DNA of 63,041 nt, the filler included, from Asterionella formosa (taxonomy: Eukaryota): the NCBI GenBank assembly GCA_002256025.1. It is 20 parts of 20 records of this genome, joined end to end, with 100 filler letters (N's around TTAATTAATTAA, not from the genome) between each part and the next. Parts side by side here need not be neighbours in the genome. Positions count along the whole stretch, not along the records: positions 11,050 to 39,144 come from NKIB01001308.1; 19 more parts are not named here. One strand, given 5' to 3'. A program made the position numbers and the translations under genes. A model generated the notes under the pieces. It was not told the origin of the DNA and searched no databases. It saw only the letters and a program-made list of their open reading frames with translations. Shown here one piece after another: positions 24,743 through 35,327 of this stretch (the first letter of the stretch is position 1; each line of letters opens with the position of its first letter).

Positions 24743-26007
24743 TTAAACAATAAAGACTGCAAGAACAATGGCAATGCAAATGACAGAGATGGCATTAATG
24801 GGCCACATCATTGCATCACTTGTGGTGGGGGCCTTGGTGGAAGGGGGAGTGCTTGCTGGTGATCCACTTGCAGAAGCAGGGGTGGGTTGTGACGTTGCAG
24901 TGGACCCAATTATACTGGGAGGAGGTGTCATTGATGGAGCTGCAGTCATAGGAGCACTTGATGGTGCAGATGTAGGAACTCCACCAGCAGCTACTGGGGC
25001 CACTGTAGCAGGAGCCATACTTGGAGCCCCCATGGTATCAATAGCGGTAGGGTTCATGGTTGTCTGTTCCGTACCATTTCCACAGCAAACTCCCGAGAAC
25101 ATGGATTGGTATTCTGCACAGGTGAAGTTGGGGTTAACTGAATTTATGTACAACTCAAGATACCCACATGCAGTATCATTGAAATCTGAACTAGTATCGA
25201 TGAACACACGTGCTGGATCAGGAAGGAGAGTGGAACCACCACAGATTCGACAAGCACCTGCGGAGGCATTAGTGTTGTTACATCCACTGTCAGTATTGAT
25301 GTGGTGGAAATGGATGAAAAGAAGATGGTTAGAGCAGGCTAATGACAATGAGAAGATGGCGTTGAAATGGAATGTCCTCACCAGAGCACACCAGCTGTGG
25401 CCTGCAAGCCAGTGCACTCTTCTGTGGAAAAGGTAGCCAATAGTTGCGCAGCTGCGCAAGTAACATCAATAATTGGCAGGGTTGGATCAGGAATCATAGA
25501 ACCATCCTCACATAGTGGGCAACTCAGCGTAATACCAGGACAACCACAAACTGACTGTTCTGGGTTAAGGACAATGGGGTTAGCTGGACAGGTGGATTCA
25601 CTAAAGTATCCAAGATAATAATCTAGCTCCGAGCAGTTTACATTCCAAAGAGGGAGTGCATAATCCGGATTTCCAGGTGAGGTCCCATTTGAACACAAAA
25701 AGCACTCCTGGACAGAGCCAGGGCACCCACACAAAAAGTCCAAATTAGCAGATGATGTAGCATTCATACACTCTGAGCTATCCGACGGGAACGATTTGAT
25801 GAAATCTTCGACTTGCCCACACGTCGCGCCAATGAGCAGAGGAAGCAGTGCCAAATTTGGATTGTCCTGTGGCACACTTGTAGTGTTCAGTGACAAATCT
25901 GGGTTTGGCACAGCCGAACCATCATGGCACACAGTGCAGTTTTGCGCCAATATAGAAGGAGCAGCACAGATTGCAATAGTAAGGAGATAATGAAGCGCCA
26001 CTTTCAT
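24743..26007 (-). CDS. Secreted Cys-rich repeat protein with mucin stalk and probable GPI/TM anchor; exons 26007-25382 and 25286-24743
   Basis: Signal peptide MKVALHYLLTIAICAAPSILA; four CxxCxxG..P.P...C...CGC-type modules; a 95-bp GT-AG intron (25381-25287) joins the two ORFs as VLC|GC; S/T/P/A stalk; hydrophobic C-terminus. Confidence 0.85.
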
Positions 26008-26583
26008 GGTAACAGCTGGGTGCCACTGCTGATCTGGAGTCAAAGGAAGTCCTCATGGGCATGGTGAGCGATGCTGATATACCAAACAAAAAGCCAAATA
26101 TCAAGCAACAGACCTTTCGGACAGGGATTAAGCAGGAGGGAACAGTAGTTTGAGTTCCTAGTCAGAAAATGTGAGATAACAAGCAAGCAGCAAATGTTGC
26201 AGATATTTGAGCAAAGCAAAGATTTTGAACGTGTTTGCATATAGTAAATTTTATGATTGAGAACCGAACCCCGAAACCTTTTTAAGTTGTCAAGGAACAA
26301 TCGAATCGAAATGATATCAATTATGGATATAAATAAATGCTGTACCGGTAGTTGGAAATGCATACCGGTAATTGTTTTGCCGCTTGGCTGCTTTCCATTG
26401 AAGTAGAAGACGGTTTGTACAGTGGGAAAGAATATGCATGAGAGCTACATAGATTCCGTCGGGGTCAGAAAATGCGCGCACAGAGCGATCATAGAATTAC
26501 CGTATGTTTGTCGACCCTCGTGTGCTGCCAAGCTAAGATGGTTGGAAGAAAGGTGTTTAAAACTTCTGGGGAGCTCGAAGGAA

Positions 26584-26667
26584 TTGGGATGCCTGATGAC
26601 CAACTGGAATCAGGCGCTGATGAGTCAGAATGATTAACAGATTCATCTCTCATGCCGACGAATCAAA
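26584..26667 (+). ncRNA. Degenerate type III hammerhead-ribozyme-like fold
   Basis: Stem I TGCCTGAT/ATCAGGCG, core CTGATGA (26617-26623), stem II GTCAGAATGA/TCATGCCGAC, then GAA; the NUH triplet and A15.1 are non-canonical. Confidence 0.4.
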
Positions 26668-28260
26668 ATAGGTCTTCAAGGACTGAGTACCAATGATAAA
26701 TGCTATTGGTACTCAGTTCTGGAATCAACTAAGTATGAATTGTACTAGCCTGTTGTTACTTGTTACTCAGAAGAATATTGAAATTTAATTCATGCTGCAC
26801 AATCCATCGAAATTTTGAAGAGTTGTTAATTGTTGATCCTCGGTTGATACGGTTGTTTGTTCAAGCAATTGGTCAGGCTTAGTTCATTTGGTCAGTATCA
26901 ATACAGAGAAGAAAGAATTTTACCACCCCCACCACCCGCCTTTAGCATTTGAAACTAGATACCTGGTCTGAGGCATCAAGTAACAATCAATACTCATTTG
27001 GAAATGAAGTTGGTCAGTTGGCACATACTCGAATATGTTTCGTGAGAAAAGTGATTGGGACTTTTGCCCCCTTTTTCTACTGTTTCCTTTTGCCTTGAGC
27101 GAGAAAAAGATGATACAAGAAACAGATGATATGACTGGTGCTCCTAGCGATATTGGGTCCGTGTCTACAGTTATAGATTATATGTTACGAGGACAGAGGG
27201 AAGTAAATTCAATTACCCCAACGTGAGAAAAAAGGATAGTTGATTGAAATTACTTAAATGAATAAAGAAGAAAGTGAACTCCGGTTGTATTTAGAAAATC
27301 CCAGATGACAACAACCCCCCCCGCCTGCAATGAGTGTATATATATGCATAAGTATTATTGTTAGCTATCATGCAACGACAAAGATGTATGTACGCGAAAA
27401 TAATAGATCGGTACATGATCTAGAATATATATACGAGTACTCATCTCTGCCTCCATAACTGAATACATATCAACATATATTAGCTAACTCTATTAAGGTC
27501 TACCTGCTACCCGTATACCGTAAGAATATTGAGCGAACTGATACGATTTACAATTCACTATGATACCGATATATGATTGTGAAGTGTTCTATAGACAAGC
27601 ATGTGGTAGGTACCATGGGTACCATGGTACCAGGTATGGTAGTTAGTGGCAACATCATGACAATGATGATACGCCTATTGTAAACAGATAAATTACGAAT
27701 TATAAATCAATTATTGTTTTCAGCTACTGTTGTTGTTGTTGTTGTATATGTCTAATTGATGTATAACAGTTATGTGCGAACTACTACTAGGGTTTTGATC
27801 CGGCAAGAAATCATGGAGATGTTGTCGTTGCAGTCGAGCGCCATTTTGTTTCCGCCGATTTTCTACTATTTTAGCTATTTTGCAATGAATATCAAAGCTA
27901 TCAAGTCAACAGTTGTTTCACTGCTTGCTAGCGACACATGTATTCTATCTAAGAAAATATTAAATGTGTTAAGCAGTTGTATAAGATTGAAAATTGAAAA
28001 ATCATTAAATGATAATGAGAAATTTCTCATGTTCGATTCATGGCTGAGCGATTGTATAATTATATATGTTTGTTCAGTATATAGAAAATCATGCATTTTG
28101 TGTACAGGTATGTTCATATGATGCATACCGGTATGTTCATACTTCATACTAGTATGATGCATATCAGTATGTACCACAGCCGTTGGCACTTCTGTACATT
28201 TAGCTATACCGGTACTAGGCTACTACGGAGTTTTGTGAAATACATGTATTGGTAAACAAT

Positions 28261-28457
28261 GAGATTTCTCGAATAAGGAATCATAACAGCACTCAGAGTT
28301 GTGATTAGAAAAAAACATTTAACCCCCCCCCCTTTCGTAGCAAGGTTCGGAAACTGGTTTTTTCAGAAAATCATTCATCAAAATTGAGTTTTTGATAAAA
28401 TTAAAATTGATTGGCCAGATCGAAACCGTTTGAAATTTCTAAATGTCTAACTAATAT
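28261..28457 (-). repeat. Dispersed repeat family D (MITE-like) copy
   Basis: Reverse complement of about 49740-49937 (TCGTAGCAAGGTTCGGAAACTGGTTT; GAGATTTCTCGAATAAGGA). Confidence 0.85.
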
Positions 28458-29988
28458 TTGCGAGAGCCTAGTGGCTATTGCGACTGACTTGACTACTACT
28501 ACCACCGGTAAATAGATAACTAGGAGTTTGTATTGAGGCTTTGGCCTTCTCATTTGGAATTTTTATTGAAGCTTCTATGGATTCTCGAATTGGGGCTACT
28601 CAAACTGAAGCTTCCCGAATTGAAGTTTACCTCTGGGTTTAAAAACTAGTTTTATATTCTCATATTTTCTGTTTTACAATTATTTATAGACTGTATTACC
28701 TTAGGGTTGCGCAATATTACCGGAGGATTCGAATTTGAGTGCCTGTCAGTGCCGCAATTCAGTTTCAGCAAAATGACCAAAACTTGCAGTTTACCAGTAT
28801 ATTTATTACCTACATAATGAAAATGCATACTACTGGTAGCATATACAGAATGGTCTCAAAACAAGGCATCATCACAGTGCTTTGCATGTTGAAATCACTA
28901 TACTGTTGCAGATGCATGTGTTTGATCACTGAATTGGATGCTCGTCATTCCATCAATTATTCAAACGGTCTGGATTATAATGTATTTCTTGTAAAGACTG
29001 ATACAGTACGGGATTTGATTACTGTATTATAGCCATTGTTGGTGTGGTATTTATTTTGACTAACAGTAATTCAGTATGATACTGGAAATCGTTTTTTAGT
29101 ATTCTGTGTCTATTACTGGAATACATCATTGCTTTTTGATGGAGAATAATTCCCAAGGAGGATTTAATATAACTACTCGGTGAGTATTATTAATATGGAG
29201 TACAATTTACGATATAATATTCTGTTGACAATTTTAGTAGATTCAGCTACTTGTGTGTTTTCTAAAAGAGTGAGATTAAATTAAATGTAATTTTGAAATG
29301 AAGTTTCGATTGAAACATGGCAACTACTACATGTTTCTGAAATGAATTGTTCTTTTTTCCTTGGAGGTGAGGTTCTTTATAGTTCCTACAATTGTAGCAA
29401 AGTAAATTACATCCTCGTCCTTGTAACATAGTAGTACTATACTATATCTATCTAGCCTAGATAGATTCTAGGACATAGATGTTGCTTGACTGAAATACTT
29501 CTTTCAGGTAGCTCCAATATCATCGATTTTTCTTCAATTCTTTGGACAAAACTGATTTGTCTCTCCAATCACTCTCAGTTTAGGGTTAGGTGAACTTGTT
29601 TGGTAAACATAGGGAAAAACTTCATATAATTTGCCCTTTCAACATTGTTCTTTATCAAATGTCTGAAGGTTGTTAATCTTGATACATCATATTGTGCATT
29701 GTTCCCTCAAACACAATGACTTGTAGGGAAATGTTGTCTTCACACAAAAGTAGAGACCTAACTGGGAATCAGGAATCAAGAATTCTTCTGTGTTTCAAAT
29801 GGCGGGAGGCATTCATGCTTGGTGTTGATGACTCTATTACCGGTAAATGACTCTGTTTTAAATAACGGTATGATAACCATTATCATCATCATCATCATCA
29901 TCGATGCTAATTACCAGGTACCTGGTACCGTAATACCTTTGCTCACCATTTCAGTGCTCACCATTTCAGTGTATTATAAAGTAGTACG

Positions 29989-30561
29989 ATGATGGCTGCA
30001 ACAAGAACAAGAGCAACAACAACAACTCCTTCCAAGATTTTGTTCTTGTACAAGCAATGCCTTCGATCCGCACAACGGATTCCTGAATTGGATCAACGAG
30101 ACACGTACCAAAGTTACATTCGACAAGGCTTTCGTGATGTCAAGCAGGGACGACAAGCTGTCATGGCCATGAAGGATGCTGAGGAACAACTGGAGAGAAT
30201 GGATTACTATCATTCTATACGAGAACAAAGTATGAGACTAAAAATGACAGAATCACAGAAAAAGGTATTACCTAGTAGTACTTGTACCGAAGTGTCAGCG
30301 ACAGCAGCACCAAGGCCTGATACTGCCAGTCAGACCAGTACTGCGACAATTAGAGATACCTCCATTCTTCAGCAATGGATACTTGAGGCCATTCCCGATC
30401 TGCATGAGGATGATGTGCACCGATATGCGCAGCAGTTATCCGAAGATGGATTTGACTCACCTTTTCTGCTTCAAAAAGAATTGAAACTCAACGACCTTTT
30501 CTTTATGAAAAAGGGACATTTACGAGCACTGGTCAGGGCACATGGGATTTCAGACAAATGA
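29989..30561 (+). CDS. LYR-motif (Complex1_LYR) protein with C-terminal SAM-like domain
   Basis: ILFLYKQCLRSAQRIP...YIRQGFR LYR signature; C-terminal WI...YAQQLSEDGFDS...L...DL..MKKGHLRAL resembles SAM. Confidence 0.75.
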   Translation: MMAATRTRATTTTPSKILFLYKQCLRSAQRIPELDQRDTYQSYIRQGFRDVKQGRQAVMAMKDAEEQLERMDYYHSIREQSMRLKMTESQKKVLPSSTCTEVSATAAPRPDTASQTSTATIRDTSILQQWILEAIPDLHEDDVHRYAQQLSEDGFDSPFLLQKELKLNDLFFMKKGHLRALVRAHGISDK

Positions 30562-30843
30562 TTGCCGTCACATGTAGATGAGGCTAAGAATGCCACATAT
30601 TATATTGCAAACGCGCAGAAACTTTCTTATATGATTGTGCAACCTATTGAAGTCGCACGGAACTTGCCAAAGAAGGCGTTCGTGTTCTAACATTAACGTA
30701 AAATGTACAGATGATTAAGAAAGCACTTGAATTTTCTAAACATAATCACATAAACTGGTAACGTGGGCAAACATTGGAGGGTTTAGTCACCTATACATCG
30801 GAAAATTTCCAGTAATCATTTGTACAATTTGATGTATAGTTTT

Positions 30844-32490
30844 TCAAATGGCAACTCTTGGTGAAAGACAAATTTTGAATTCTGGTTTCGCTTTCATAGT
30901 AACAAAGGTAGTAAAGGTGAATTCAATATTCTGCAAGGTGGGAGCAATATGCAATTCAAAGGCTCGGAGGATGGGTGCCAGAATAAGCTGCACCTCCATT
31001 GTTGCAAATTGCTGTCCTACACAGTTTCTCCCTCCAGCCGAAAATGGCAAGTAACAAAATCGATGTCGCTTCTCCTCATTATCAATTCCCCCCGTCGGTA
31101 ACCACCGCTCCGGCGAAAACACAAGTGGATCAGGCCAATACAATGGATGTCGATGCAATAAATGAGGCGAAATAACAAGTCGTGTATTGGCTGGAATGTA
31201 ATGTCCCATGAAATTCTCGTCTCTTGATGTGCGCCGAATGATAATCCCAACAGGTGGATACAATCGTAGCACTTCTTTTAAAAATGCTGCCAAGTAGGTC
31301 ATCTTGTTCAATGCCTCCAAATCAATGGTTTCTGATCCTGGTGCATGTTGAATAATGTCGTCATACACACGCTGCTGAACTTCGGGGTACTTGACAAGAG
31401 CAAAGAATGCCCAATAACACCATGTTGACGTTGTTTCGTGACCTGCAACCAAAAATGTTTTAGCCTCATCTCGTAGCTCAATGTTGCTAAGTGCCTTATT
31501 GGACCGTTCATCATTTTCTGCATTTGTTCCCTCATCCTTGGCATCAAAGAGAAGCTGCAGTAATGATTTATGACTACTTGATGTAGATGAAGATTCTGAT
31601 AATGCTGCTTTGCTCCTTGCGTTGTGAATGACTTGGTCCACAGCTTCATTGAGACATTTGTTAGATCTACGTGTCTTCGGGTTCAGCCAAAGATCCATCC
31701 GAGGATACCCAAGGACAGCAAACACAGCAGTCAAAACAGTTGGTTTTAGGGATTCCAACAAAGATGTGCTTAAACTGTCCGAGCCAGAGGACAACTTGTC
31801 ATCACTATCACTAATTCCCACTGAATTTTGTTTCAACGTCCATTTCTTTTGCAATACATCCAAGGCATGAAAGTCATGAGAAAAGGCAACATCTCCAATG
31901 ATATCGAGGGTGAGAGCGGAAAGATGTTCAGCAACGTCAATGTCGTGCCCATCCATGGCCGTTTTGCTCCAGAACGAAATCAACGTCTCCACCTTGCTTG
32001 GGATTGACGCATTCAACGACTCCTTCAGAAAGCCAGTGTTGAAGGAGGGTTGGATAATGCGCCGATGCCGACTCCAAGCCGCTCCTTCCAACGTTACGAG
32101 GCCGTCACCAAGAATGTTCCTTAGTAGCGGAATCTTCTTGGGGAAGCGAACTGGAGTTTGACTGGACGACGCGGTCAGGACTAGTTTGACAATGTCAGCA
32201 TTTAATAGGAGCACAGATGGCCTGCCAAATAGATCTGTATACTGCAGCATGTCCACATCCTTCACACTGGACCTGCTGATGGCATCCGCCCACCAGCGCT
32301 TGTGAGGCGCCAGGAAGGGTGCGCGAGAAATATCAAGGAAATAGCCAAACAAAAAGGATGTTTTCGGTGGACCTGGAAGATCGTTCAAGGGGGATGTAAG
32401 CCATCGTACGTAAGAGCGGGCGAAGCGATAGAACAGGACAAGCAACGCTAAAAGTGCGGCGGTGGGGAACGCATTAGCCATCACCATCAT
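30844..32490 (-). CDS. Cytochrome P450, ER-anchored, intronless
   Basis: N-terminal TM and PGP hinge, I-helix AGHETT, EVLR (ExxR), PERW, haem motif PFSAGGRNCVG. Confidence 0.97.
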   Translation of the reverse strand: MMVMANAFPTAALLALLVLFYRFARSYVRWLTSPLNDLPGPPKTSFLFGYFLDISRAPFLAPHKRWWADAISRSSVKDVDMLQYTDLFGRPSVLLLNADIVKLVLTASSSQTPVRFPKKIPLLRNILGDGLVTLEGAAWSRHRRIIQPSFNTGFLKESLNASIPSKVETLISFWSKTAMDGHDIDVAEHLSALTLDIIGDVAFSHDFHALDVLQKKWTLKQNSVGISDSDDKLSSGSDSLSTSLLESLKPTVLTAVFAVLGYPRMDLWLNPKTRRSNKCLNEAVDQVIHNARSKAALSESSSTSSSHKSLLQLLFDAKDEGTNAENDERSNKALSNIELRDEAKTFLVAGHETTSTWCYWAFFALVKYPEVQQRVYDDIIQHAPGSETIDLEALNKMTYLAAFLKEVLRLYPPVGIIIRRTSRDENFMGHYIPANTRLVISPHLLHRHPLYWPDPLVFSPERWLPTGGIDNEEKRHRFCYLPFSAGGRNCVGQQFATMEVQLILAPILRAFELHIAPTLQNIEFTFTTFVTMKAKPEFKICLSPRVAI

Positions 32491-32659
32491 GGCGTCGTGA
32501 AACCCAAGACGCCACTACCAGTATAGGGAAAAATAAATACTATTATTTGACTCGATAAAGAAAATAAAACTCGTGCTGGAAAGCAATTTTTGAGCAACTA
32601 ATTCCCTATCATTAATTACAGATCGTTTTACTCACGGAAGGCAAGACTCGCCCGAGGTG

Positions 32660-32845
32660 CTCTCGTGCCTGCGACAGGAGTAACGGTATACATGTGTTCG
32701 AGCCTGAGTGGCGCGAGTAGGTTGACCTTCTCGCAAAGCGTCTATTGGTACTCAAGGCAAGACAGGCCAGAGGCACTCACTCACGTGCCAGCGAAACGAG
32801 TATATATGTGTTCGAGGCTGAGTGGCGCGAGTAGCTTGACCATTC
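32660..32845. repeat. GC-rich repeat family F, two tandem copies upstream of the P450
   Basis: TGTGTTCGAG(C/G)CTGAGTGGCGCGAGTAG(G/C)TTGACC occurs twice about 115 bp apart; a diverged reverse-complement copy is at 41942-41992. Confidence 0.75.
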
Positions 32846-34664
32846 AAGTGGCGCCCCCGGCTCTGCGAGAATGTCACCCTACGAGTGCCATCGGAGGAAG
32901 GTCCGGTACCAGGTAGTCCCCATTTCATGCGCCCCTTTTCAGTAACAATTCACTCCCAATGATTCATGCCATACCTGCCGGACGAGATAGGCCAGCTTTC
33001 GCTTAACAAAATGTTCGTTAAGTAATTTTGGAAAACGTTAGTCTTATTGACAGATGACGATTTGCAGAAGCAAACTCTGAACGTGACTCGGATTTGCCCC
33101 TGATCAACACCTTAAGAAAACCGTCTTCTTACTTCGGAATACAAATAAGAATCATTTACCGGTAACTTGCTGACTTAGAATAGAATTTGCTGATTACGAA
33201 TAGAATATGCTGACAACGACTACCGGTAGAACTTGAGGGCGAATACGAATAGATTTTCTGAATGACCCTTGTGATGCAGACGAAGTGCCTGGTAGGTAAC
33301 TGCAAGTTGCGTTCATTTTGCTTAAATAGACAATATAATACAGAATAAAGAATGCTAAATATTTAAGTTCAGCACAATAATCGAAATTTGCTGGTACTGG
33401 CACCTAAGAATGTAGACTACCTGGTACCGTATGTCCATGAGCCACGGTAAATTTGGTCCGATACCTGGTACCACCTTGTACGATGATGCATGAGGCGTGA
33501 TAATTATTCAGGGCACAATTTTTATGTACAAACAAAGTTTTACGTATGTTCAAACAAACATACCGGTACCATAGCAATATTAGCATGGCTATTAGTACAT
33601 ACCGGTACTCGATACCGGTACCGGTGAGCGATCTTGCGCATCAATACAGATGTATATAGGGTTAGTGTTATATCATATATGTATCAGAACTCAACAATGA
33701 AAGAACTCGACTAACCCTCATTGTATACTTTGGTGTTGACTTAGAGAACAAGTTACACACAAGGATTAACAAATAAGCTCATATATTCAACAAACACTAC
33801 TACTTCTAGTTAGATACTTCACTTTGAATTCAAAAAGAGTCCAATTAGAATTAATAATGTTGATGTCCTCTCAAGTTCCAGTGGTCCCATTGATGAAGGA
33901 TAACAACATACTAAACATCAAGATTCAAACCTCTTTGTGTATCCTTACAAGCCAGGTCGACATTTGGAGTCTTACAGCAAAGATATGATCAATTGACACT
34001 CAGGGGAAGCTTGTTGATTGATTTCAGTAAATCCTGTGACATGGCTAACACATATATCTTCAGTCCAGCAGATTGCTTGCTTGTTCTCCTATTGCTACAG
34101 AATATGCCTAATTGATATCGCCTTGTCTGAATGGATGAGCGTTGCAATGCACCCAGATACTCAGTCCTTTGACAGTTTCTACAAAATCATGGTGAGGTGG
34201 CTGAAGCATTATTGCACTCATGACATGTTCCTTTAAGTCAGCATCAGCGGATGTGGATATTATGAAAACTCGATAAAACCGTTCAATGTGCTGTTGATGA
34301 ATGTCACTGCCTGTCTCAAGACTTTAAAGAATTTCCTAAAACTCGTGATAACTCATCCAGAAGATCAAGAGGTTTCCGCCAAGGAAGATTTGAGGTTGAT
34401 TGTCGTTTTGCTTGATTGACAATGCGCGGCAACAAGTGTTTGAATGGAACAATGAAAAGAACACAAAATAATTGATTCGCTTGGTTTTGACTTACTTCGA
34501 GAGTCAACAATTATTCAAAGATCAACTCAAGCACATCCTCAAGCATGAATTCTACCATAAGCCGAAATCGACTTTGCATCGCTGAAGGCAATTGTGTTAT
34601 GTCGAGAGAACGCTCGTGTCTGATGTCAATTTTATCGCGTGCCTGGTGTCAATTTTCTAAGACA

Positions 34665-35000
34665 AAATCGTATATAAATAGTTGAAGTTGAAGACGATTC
34701 CATGACGCATCAAGAAAATAAGCGTGACTAGTGTCAATTTTAACAAAAGATCGTCTTCGCATTGCTAAATGCAGTCCTGTGATGTATCAAGAATACAACC
34801 ACCATTTCAAGTGTAAATTTGTACATGATAATTTTATACTCAGTGGTAATGGCAGGGCACATGCATTTTAATGCAGCCGGCCACGCATGGGATATGAAAC
34901 AACGGTCAAACATAAGGTTCATGGAGTTAATATTACTAACACTACTAACCTTGTTGCTGTTCGGACTCCTGTTCCTGTTCCTCTGGCGTAGAAATTCTAC
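34665..35000. repeat. Repeat family C nested inside the gypsy element
   Basis: Colinear with 60500-60785 (GTGACTAGTGTCA; GCATTTTAATGCAGCCGGCCACGCA; TTACTAACACTACTAACCTTGTT). Confidence 0.85.
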
Positions 35001-35287
35001 GTTGAGCAAATTATCATACTAACACAGCCCACTCTATTCATGTTTTTCTTCCGTGCATGTTTTACATAAGCAAATCCATGGGTTAACCCTGTGATGATGT
35101 CTGGTTAGGGTTCAGTGCCGAGGGCCATACCTGCTGACTATTATGAATCTGCCCAGGAAATTTTAGTGGTCATGAACCCTCCTGTTGGTCAGTTAGTGGC
35201 CGATGTGCCTAATAAAAAACCAGCAGAATGCTGAACAGATCGCCTTAACAGAAGTATGTGCAACAATAGCAACTAGCTATGCTATGA

Positions 35288-35295
<8 letters not shown>

Positions 35296-35327
<32 letters not shown>
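35296..35327. repeat. (TA)n microsatellite
   Basis: Read directly. Confidence 0.9.
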
